Source: Eubacteriales bacterium
GTDB taxonomy: Bacteria; Bacillota; Clostridia; Oscillospirales; SIG627
Direction of reading: 5' to 3'
Length of the DNA stretch: 64,000 bases
NCBI GenBank assembly: GCA_045536965.1
Contig: JAZSON010000012.1
Location: 83,889-147,888, forward strand
Every line of letters starts with the position of its first letter. Position 1 is the stretch's first letter. The position numbers and the translations under genes are program-made. Positions 58,001-64,000 of this stretch are shown here, one piece after another. The notes below the pieces were generated by a model. The model did not search any database. It was not told the origin of the DNA and worked only from the letters and a program-made list of their open reading frames with translations.

Positions 58001-58284
58001 TCGGTGCTTCCAAGCGTGACATCAGCCGCGTCTTCAATGCCGAAACTCTGCTGATCGGCTTCGGCGCAGGTGCCTTTGGTGTCCTTGCCACCGTACTCCT
58101 CTGCATCCCCATTAACATGATCATCCGCCATTACACCGAGATCTCCTCCTTGGGCGCCGCCCTGCCGTTCATGGGCGGATTGCTCCTCATGATCATCAGC
58201 ATGGCACTGACCCTCGTGGCAGGTCTGATCCCCTCCCGCATCGCAGCCAAAAAAGACCCCGTGGTCGCCCTCCGCTCCGAATAA
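55054..58284 (+). CDS. fused ABC transporter ATPase/permease of the MacB-FtsX type with an oversized extracytoplasmic domain
   Basis: N-terminal ATPase with Walker [10 protein letters not shown], signature [15 protein letters not shown] and Walker [24 protein letters not shown] linker and TM1 follow. A hydrophilic domain of about 600 aa comes next. The C-terminal FtsX-like three-TM bundle contains [12 protein letters not shown]. Confidence 0.85.
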   Translation: MLRLRNIQKDYIAGDTIVHALKNINIDFRKSEFVAILGPSGCGKTTLLNIIGGLDRYTTGDLSINGTSTKEYKDGDWDVYRNRSIGFVFQNYNLIPHQTVVANVELAMTLSGVSKKERRRRAIEALEKVGLSDQAYKKPNQMSGGQMQRVAIARALVNNPDILLADEPTGALDTQTSVQVMEILREIAKEKLIIMVTHNAELADTYATRTVRVLDGEVVADTNPVTEEPAVAERKKEEKKKTKKTSMSLFTAISLSVNNLMTKKARTFLTSFAGSIGIIGIALILALSNGIQAYIDEVQENTLSSYPITILREEANVSDMISALTGNHDASERHENDAVYAKTVLYDLFNTMINVEKTQNNLKEFKEYLESENNPIRENTTSILYTYDMEMNIYATDTNGKYVKSDYEALMEQTVAGMTGGSSFQMPMMENMTMMNGSFNIWQQLLPGENGEAVHPLLKEQFDLVGEGSRWPEKEDEIILVLDKYNEITDITQYALGLMSADTIIENTMALMQHQELKLETTRWEYSDILGRTFKLVLSTDLYSDADGDGIWDDLRNNDAALDLIVSNGKTLKIVGIVRPSENVTSTALKGGVLAYTQALTNTVIEGVANSEIYHQQSDPANKNFDIFTGLPFTEEQKEPATGEALLTEANQFFASLNLQEKVALYRNILCKPINEELDAQVSQMMSAYPDRATLEKVILEQLSKEAGMNSDKIKEYLTEYSDEALREMVASSIRNMLLTQYETAGQATLDKIVSQPNATELAMLKAQYQAKLTDRNAKIAFIAAYWSSSISMNPQAAAQYLATQKDSEIDRLADETVTAMATADYAAFAALQKDAEKDQKIADAFDLYFSSLDEEAIVKVYQNHKPATVSSSSLAENLKKLGAADTSSPASIALYTNTFAAKDAIAEGIAAYNAEADEDDRITYTDYVAIIMSSITTIINAISYVLIAFVAISLIVSSIMIGIITYVSVLERTKEIGILRAIGASKRDISRVFNAETLLIGFGAGAFGVLATVLLCIPINMIIRHYTEISSLGAALPFMGGLLLMIISMALTLVAGLIPSRIAAKKDPVVALRSE

Positions 58285-58292
58285 AATATACA

Positions 58293-58334
58293 AAATTCCC
58301 TCTGCCGATTTTTTTCAGCAGAGGGAATTTTTTG
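58293..58334 (+). terminator. intrinsic terminator
   Basis: Stem AAATTCCCTCTGC...GCAGAGGGAATTT followed by a T-run. Confidence 0.7.
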
Positions 58335-58372
58335 TAAACGCAGCGTTATGAATATGGATACACTCAAAATTT

Positions 58373-59251
58373 CTATCCTTGCTGTGCTTCGGGATGATTT
58401 TTGCGATAATGCTCAAAGAAACGATCCATGCAATACGCAGCCGCGCCACCGATAACAACAAAGGCAAAATCAAGCAAAAAGTGTCCAAAATCATCAAACT
58501 TGTGCGGCACGATCGGCAAAGCCGAAGCAACCACCGCGCCCACAATGATATGGTTGATCACAGCATACTGTTTTCTGAACAAAAAATCCACAGCCCGAGA
58601 AAGAGTAAGCACCAAAACGGCAACACCTGCAAAAAGGGGCAGCACCACCGAAAGATCGAAGGATGAAAGTCCATCCATCATGGGCTGATACAAACCGAAG
58701 AACAACAATGTGGAAGAAGAACTGGTGCCGGGCACAATCACACTGATCCCCCAAATAACGCCCGCAAAGACAAACCATCCGATATTCGGCGTGACCTGGA
58801 TGGCAGCGCCAAGCTGCAAATAAAGCAAAAAACCAAAAAGCAGAACAAAGGAGATGGCCATGGAAACATACGCCGACGTACCTCTTCCTTCTTTACCCGC
58901 ATCCCGCCAAAGAGCAGGAAGCATACCGAATATCAAGCCAACAAACACACAAGTGGATAATTCCGCATTGGCCTCCATAAAAACACTGACCAACCGCGCA
59001 AGCCCGAAAAATCCCACGAAAACACCAATGCCCACAGGAATCAAAACAGAATAATATTTTCGGATATTGCGAATCGGGTTGGAAAGGGTAGCCATGATTG
59101 GGCGGTAAAGACCGAAAATAACACACAAAAGCCCCCCGCTCACACCGGGAAGAATCCCCCCCAGTCCGATCAGAATGCCCTGCAGCAGTTTGGTAATAAA
59201 AGAAAAGGGCGTGAATCGAAACTTCTTTTTATTCAAATCCGTTTGTTGCAT
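58373..59251 (-). CDS. DUF368 family polytopic membrane protein (family recently linked to undecaprenyl-phosphate translocation)
   Basis: 292 aa with the repeated motif GILPGVSGG / PGTSSS and about 8 TM helices. Confidence 0.75.
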   Translation of the reverse strand: MQQTDLNKKKFRFTPFSFITKLLQGILIGLGGILPGVSGGLLCVIFGLYRPIMATLSNPIRNIRKYYSVLIPVGIGVFVGFFGLARLVSVFMEANAELSTCVFVGLIFGMLPALWRDAGKEGRGTSAYVSMAISFVLLFGFLLYLQLGAAIQVTPNIGWFVFAGVIWGISVIVPGTSSSSTLLFFGLYQPMMDGLSSFDLSVVLPLFAGVAVLVLTLSRAVDFLFRKQYAVINHIIVGAVVASALPIVPHKFDDFGHFLLDFAFVVIGGAAAYCMDRFFEHYRKNHPEAQQG

Positions 59252-59298
59252 GATAAACCTCTTTTGGCCGCCGCTTGTGCGGTTTTATAACATAAAAA

Positions 59299-59937
59299 TT
59301 ACTGTCTTATCTCTCGCGGCATCTTATACCCGATGCCGGCATGGTTGAAAATACAGTCCGTCTTGAGCTTTTTTCGCAGAGAAGTCATGTGGACTCTCAA
59401 AGCGGGCATAGCCACCCCGCATTCGCGGCATAAATGTTCATAGGTCAAATATTGTCCCGCATGGGAAGCCAATAAAAAGACCAATCTATATTCAGTCGGA
59501 GTCAATCCTATCGGATCGCCATCCAAAAAAACACAACGGGCAGAAAAATCGATCCGAAGCGCGCCAAGGCGAAAAACCCCCTCTTTTTGAAGGCGGGACA
59601 GGCCCCGCAAAAGGGATAGAAATCGCGCCTGCAGCAAAACAGGCTCGCGAGAAAAACGAATATAAGCATCCGCGCCCGCTTCCAGAACCGCAAGCTCGGT
59701 GTCCTCTTGGCCCTCCCTTTGGAAAGCAACCAGCCACGCATCGGTTCTTTTTCGCGCCCACCGAATATCCTCAAGCGCATCGGCAGCCGAAACGACCACA
59801 TCCGATGTTGCTCCGTGAAAAGAAGCCTCCGACTCCACCCACTCGATGCGGCAGGGGATATCTTGAAGGAGCACCTCTAAGTTCAAAGCAGATTCCCGCA
59901 TGTTCGAAAGAAGCCAAATATAGGAAGATCCTGCCAT
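59299..59937 (-). CDS. OmpR/PhoB-type winged-helix regulator with degenerate (pseudo-)receiver domain
   Basis: C-terminal trans_reg_C-like segment (LTPTEYRLVFLLA...VHMTSLRKKL...GIGYKM). The N-terminal receiver-like fold lacks the acidic DD pair: it reads IWLLSNMRES. GGAGGGG RBS. Confidence 0.7.
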   Translation of the reverse strand: MAGSSYIWLLSNMRESALNLEVLLQDIPCRIEWVESEASFHGATSDVVVSAADALEDIRWARKRTDAWLVAFQREGQEDTELAVLEAGADAYIRFSREPVLLQARFLSLLRGLSRLQKEGVFRLGALRIDFSARCVFLDGDPIGLTPTEYRLVFLLASHAGQYLTYEHLCRECGVAMPALRVHMTSLRKKLKTDCIFNHAGIGYKMPREIRQ

Positions 59938-60112
59938 GAAACCCCTCCTTTTATGACACAGAACAAATCGTCATTTTATTGTATCACATTTTTTTTGCGA
60001 TTTCAAGGAAAACAAAAAAAGAATCAAACCCGCAAAAATCAAAAAACAGCCGATCGAAAACTTTGACAATCTACATATTCTATGGTATTCTGTAAAGGGA
60101 GGAGAATATGCT

Positions 60113-61462
60113 ATGAAACGATTTTGTTCCTATATGCTTATATTAACATGGATTTTTTTAACATCCTGCGGCGCGCAGCCGCAAATGCCCGCCGATGGCA
60201 TTCAACCCGATCCGCCCCCCCTCTCGGAGGAATCTCTGCCAAGTGCGCCCTCCACCGACGAAGCGCCTGACGAATCCACCAAAGCTCCGACAGAAACTCC
60301 CGCCGAGCCCATCCCGCCGATTCTGACAGACCGCCAAAAACGTCTGCAAAAACTCGTAGATTTGGGCATACCCACCCCAGAAGAGGAGTTTCGCGGTCTT
60401 TGGGTCGCCGCCACCGACATCAACGCCGTTTTAAAAAATAAAAATGTCGAAGAAGCCAAGCTTGCGCTCGACTCTCTTATGGATGACTGCATCCGCTTTC
60501 GTTTGAACACCGTGATTTTCCATGTGCGTGTCAATAGCGATGCATATTACCTATCTGAAATTTTTCCCTATGCAAACGGCGTTAAATCCCTCTTAAAAAG
60601 CGGCTTTGACATCCTTGGCTACGCGGTAGAAGCCGCCCATGCGCGCGGACTCGACATTCAAGCCTGGGCCAATCCCTACCAAGTCGGCTCCGACCGTTCC
60701 CATGCCAAGTGCGACGATTATTTCAAGTATGGCAGTTATTACTATTATATCCCGACCTCCCCCGCCGTACAAGATCTCATCGTATCGGGTATGCGTGAGA
60801 TCATCGATCGTTACGATGTGGATGGTCTGCAATATGACGATTATTTTTACACAGGCGGCACCGTTCCCGAGGATGAACCCGCCTATTTTGAAGCCGCCGA
60901 CTATTTGGAATATACCCTTAGCGGCGGTACCCTGTCAGTGGCCGATTGGCGACGAGAGGCGGTCAATCTTCTGATAAAAAGAACCTACGAAACGGCACAC
61001 AGCCGCCAAGAGTGCGTTTTTGGTATCAGCCCCGCCTACAACATACAAAAAAATTACCGGGAAAAGTACGCCGATATTTTGCTGTGGATGAAAGACGAGG
61101 GCTACATCGATTACATCATGCCGCAAATCTATTTCGGATTTGAAAACTCCACCGCCCCCTTCGCAGAGACCACCGAACAGTGGGTTTGCTACGAACGCCT
61201 TCCCTCGGTTAAACTGTATGTCGGTCTGGCCATTTATAAAACAGGTATGAAAAAGGATGACCACGCAGGCGAGGGCAAAAACGAATGGTATGAAAACAAC
61301 GACATTATGGCACGCGAAGTGCTTTGCGCCCGCGAAAAAAATGCCGACGGTTACTGTTTCTTCCGGCATGCCTACTTCACCCCCGACACAGTGCGCGACA
61401 GCGGATACAGCAAAGATGTTGCCGCCGCCGAAATCGACGCGCTTCTAAAAGTGCTCGCCTAA
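60113..61462 (+). CDS. lipoprotein, glycosyl-hydrolase-like family 10 (GHL10/DUF187-type) protein
   Basis: Lipobox FLTSCG and a Pro/Glu-rich linker. TIM-barrel-like blocks: FRGLWVA...NTVIFHVR..., GLQYDDYFY, YIMPQIYF. Confidence 0.7.
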   Translation: MKRFCSYMLILTWIFLTSCGAQPQMPADGIQPDPPPLSEESLPSAPSTDEAPDESTKAPTETPAEPIPPILTDRQKRLQKLVDLGIPTPEEEFRGLWVAATDINAVLKNKNVEEAKLALDSLMDDCIRFRLNTVIFHVRVNSDAYYLSEIFPYANGVKSLLKSGFDILGYAVEAAHARGLDIQAWANPYQVGSDRSHAKCDDYFKYGSYYYYIPTSPAVQDLIVSGMREIIDRYDVDGLQYDDYFYTGGTVPEDEPAYFEAADYLEYTLSGGTLSVADWRREAVNLLIKRTYETAHSRQECVFGISPAYNIQKNYREKYADILLWMKDEGYIDYIMPQIYFGFENSTAPFAETTEQWVCYERLPSVKLYVGLAIYKTGMKKDDHAGEGKNEWYENNDIMAREVLCAREKNADGYCFFRHAYFTPDTVRDSGYSKDVAAAEIDALLKVLA

Positions 61463-61467
61463 ACAAA

Positions 61468-61492
61468 AATCCCCGACGATGTCGGGGATTTT
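61468..61492. terminator. bidirectional intrinsic terminator
   Basis: AAATCCCCGAC-gat-GTCGGGGATTT between convergent genes. Confidence 0.8.
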
Positions 61493-61498
61493 CCGTCT

Positions 61499-63031
61499 TT
61501 ATAAAGCAATCGGCTCGGCTACGGCGTTACAAGCACCGTCGTTCGTTTCAATTTTATACTTTTCCTCGTATTGCTTTTCTGTCGATTCCATCGTGTCGTA
61601 CGCTTCGTTGTCCATCATTTCACGCGCCGTCACCTTCCACGCGGCTTCTCCCGTACCTACATAATACAAAATATGATATCCGTAGGTTTCAGTCTTCACC
61701 ATTCCGACATCCCCCGCCGCATGGGGCAAAAAACACCAGTCTGTTACCGCCTGCATAGATTCTCCCAAAGAATACTTGGTTAAATCGGCAAGCAATCCGC
61801 CGCTTGTATCTGCATCGTCCTCTGAATATCTGGCAACCAATTCGATAAACTTTGCTTCAGCCATGCCGTTTTTACATGCGGCAAAAACATCGTCCGCAAC
61901 CTTTTTGGCGTCATCGTCGGTGTCGTGCTGTAAAAGATCCACTAAAATCTGCCGCACGGTTACTGCAGGATATTCTTCCCTTTTCGGATCGCTTATCAAC
62001 ATGTAAACAGTGCATTCCACACCGTTATCCAGCACCGTAGTATCGCCCGCTTTATTCCCCTTCTCAAACAAGAAAGCGTCCGCCTCATCCCCTTTTTCGT
62101 AGGAATAAGCCGTCACATTCGTCTTGGCAATCACCGCTTCGATCTCTTGTGCGGTCGGCTGCGTTTCCTCGGGATAAAGCTTGGAAACATTGTTTTTCAA
62201 CCACGCATCAAATTCCGCCGCATCCTTAGATGCACCCAATTCGGTCGCCATCTCCTTCAATTCTTTGAAAGAAAGGCGATCGGAAGCTAGTGTAAAATAT
62301 TTATAATCGACCCGATCAATCAAATGGCGGTTTTCGGCATAATATGCATCCAATTCGGCATCGGTATATACATGCGCCGTATCCAGCGATTGGCAGTGCT
62401 TATCAGATAAATACTCCAACTCGATTGCACGCCGCACGTCCTTTTCTTTCACACCGCGGCCCCAACGGGAGGGGATATAATCGTCAACCGAAACCCTTTG
62501 TTTTTTAGCCTCGGCAGCGATTTCTTCTATTTTTCGATCGATTTCACCTTGATCCTCCGCGGTCAATTCCATCCCCGCATCAGCTGCCCCTTCGGCGAAT
62601 TGCAAGATTTTGCTCACCCTCGCGACAGTCTTTTTCATAAAGAAATCAAACCAACTCTCATTCCCCGAAAACATTTGTTCCTTGAGAGGAATCCCCACGT
62701 CAATGCGATCATAGACCGACACTTCCGCCTTGTCATTTTCCGTCAGATCACGATAAGTTTCATAAAAATAATACGAAAGCATGGCCGCATCCACTTCATA
62801 CCGCTCGGAAGACAAGGCGGTACGGTTGCGCAAAATCAATCCCGTGTCACGAACCACTCCGACCGATAAGGTAATAACGCCCGCAAGCATGGCAAGAGCA
62901 ACCAAACCAACCCCCGACCACACCGCCGCTTTTTTCCAAATTGCAGCGAGTCTTTTTCGACGCATTTTTTGTTTTTTGAGTTCCTTTTGTTGCTTTTCAA
63001 AAGGTGTCAGCCCTTTTTTTCTTTTGCCCAT
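61499..63031 (-). CDS. membrane-anchored peptidyl-prolyl isomerase (parvulin/PrsA-SurA-like)
   Basis: Basic N-terminus, one TM helix, a long chaperone-like region and a C-terminal parvulin signature (VKTETYGYHILYY). Start taken as the ATG at 63031. Confidence 0.75.
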   Translation of the reverse strand: MGKRKKGLTPFEKQQKELKKQKMRRKRLAAIWKKAAVWSGVGLVALAMLAGVITLSVGVVRDTGLILRNRTALSSERYEVDAAMLSYYFYETYRDLTENDKAEVSVYDRIDVGIPLKEQMFSGNESWFDFFMKKTVARVSKILQFAEGAADAGMELTAEDQGEIDRKIEEIAAEAKKQRVSVDDYIPSRWGRGVKEKDVRRAIELEYLSDKHCQSLDTAHVYTDAELDAYYAENRHLIDRVDYKYFTLASDRLSFKELKEMATELGASKDAAEFDAWLKNNVSKLYPEETQPTAQEIEAVIAKTNVTAYSYEKGDEADAFLFEKGNKAGDTTVLDNGVECTVYMLISDPKREEYPAVTVRQILVDLLQHDTDDDAKKVADDVFAACKNGMAEAKFIELVARYSEDDADTSGGLLADLTKYSLGESMQAVTDWCFLPHAAGDVGMVKTETYGYHILYYVGTGEAAWKVTAREMMDNEAYDTMESTEKQYEEKYKIETNDGACNAVAEPIAL

Positions 63032-63146
63032 GGCAACCCGTCCTTTCGAATACATTTTTACAAAACCAGACAAAACTAAAACCGATTGGGTGAAAAATCA
63101 AAAAAAATCGGCATTTTATCTTCAAACAGTTGCTTTCCGTTGTTAA

Positions 63147-63614
63147 ATGAGTATAATTATATCTGTATATTATATTGTACCACAAAAAACACAATCGACG
63201 CAAGAGAGGCGGCACGTTTTGAAAAAAATATTTTCACTTTGCTTTATCGTTTGTATCCTTCTGCTTTCTTTTACAGCCTGCAAAAACGAAGAGGCTGCCT
63301 ACATCGGATGCTTTAAGACCTCCGAGTGGTCGGGAGACTTGTTATACAGCTTCACCTTTTCGGAAGACCACAGCGGCGCATACAAAGAATACTTCATCGT
63401 CGGAGAAAAAGAATTCGAGCAAAACACCCTTTCCTTCACCTGGCGCGTCAAAGACGGACAATTACTCCTCACCTTTGAAGACGGCAAAGAAGAAAATTGG
63501 TATCACTCTCTGAAAGACGATACCTTGGTTATCGCTGTTAACGGCATCACAAAAACCTTCTATCGTACCGATGCAAACGGACAGATCGATTTCACCGTAG
63601 AACCCATTGAATAA
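63147..63614 (+). CDS. small lipoprotein, unknown function
   Basis: Lipobox LLSFTAC. The true start is probably the TTG at 63219 (MKKIFSLCF...), which follows AGAGAGG. Confidence 0.6.
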   Translation: MSIIISVYYIVPQKTQSTQERRHVLKKIFSLCFIVCILLLSFTACKNEEAAYIGCFKTSEWSGDLLYSFTFSEDHSGAYKEYFIVGEKEFEQNTLSFTWRVKDGQLLLTFEDGKEENWYHSLKDDTLVIAVNGITKTFYRTDANGQIDFTVEPIE

Positions 63615-63624
63615 AGGAATTATC

Positions 63625-64000
63625 ATGAATTTACTGGAAGTTGACATTGCCGATTTATGTACCATCTTGGGAAGCGACCCCGAGCAAGGTCTGAGCGAAG
63701 AACAGGCGGAAAAAAACCGCCGCGAATTTGGCGCCAATCGGCTTTTTGAAAGCGCGATCCGTTCCCCCGCCGAATTCATTTCAGGCATTTTCGGCGACAT
63801 GATGGCCCTGCTCTTCGTCACCCTCTCTTTAATTGCGGTGATGTTGCGGCAGGACTATACCGCTCTGCTCTGTTTATTTCTAACCGTTGGCGGTTATTTT
63901 ATTTTCCAATCAGTCGCCTATCTCATCACCCGTCGTATCTACCACCGAATCGACCGCGACCGCGCCATGGTCTGCCACGTAAAAAGAGATGGAAAAATCC
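63625..64000 (+). CDS. cation-transporting P-type ATPase, N-terminal fragment (continues past the window end)
   Basis: Hand translation from the ATG at 63625: MNLLEVDIADLCTILGSDPEQGLSEEQAEKNRREFGANRL...VKRDGKI. This shows the Cation_ATPase_N signature and the first two TM helices, with no stop before nt 64000. Confidence 0.75.
   Translation, partial: MNLLEVDIADLCTILGSDPEQGLSEEQAEKNRREFGANRLFESAIRSPAEFISGIFGDMMALLFVTLSLIAVMLRQDYTALLCLFLTVGGYFIFQSVAYLITRRIYHRIDRDRAMVCHVKRDGKI

Overview
The window looks like a chromosomal segment from a Firmicutes/Clostridia-type genome, judging by GGAGG/GAGGTG ribosome-binding sites, sigma-A type -35/-10 promoters and hairpin plus T-run terminators. The taxonomy is inferred, not tested. 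I support about 50 protein-coding genes, one tRNA-Lys(UUU), one T-box riboswitch, two consensus parS sites, and several promoters and intrinsic terminators. I found no rRNA, CRISPR array, transposase, integrase or phage genes.

Housekeeping content:
- rph
- a nifS-nifU-mnmA operon
- nth-polA
- an origin-proximal partition region: a ParB paralog, a DUF1015 gene, twin parS sites, soj and spo0J
- serS

Accessory content worth a second look:
1. A canonical T-box leader (tentative Leu/CUC specifier) controls a single gene that fuses a xylose-isomerase-like TIM barrel to an AMP-forming acyl-CoA-ligase-like enzyme. This is not a usual T-box target.
2. A 14-kb, seven-gene operon encodes a 1410-aa solute-binding protein with internal repeats, two complete pairs of sugar-type ABC permeases, a 1211-aa secreted protein and an NHL-TPR-Yip1 membrane fusion. 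It has no ATPase or regulator gene.
3. Three sugar-phosphate-isomerase-like TIM-barrel genes sit in tandem and were duplicated together with their intergenic RBS. Just upstream lies an HxxxDG acyltransferase / zinc-ribbon membrane protein pair.
4. A fused MacB-type ABC protein carries an extracytoplasmic domain of about 600 aa.
5. A pseudo-receiver OmpR-like regulator sits upstream of a DUF368 membrane protein.

All functional calls come from motifs read in the translated ORFs. No database search was run.
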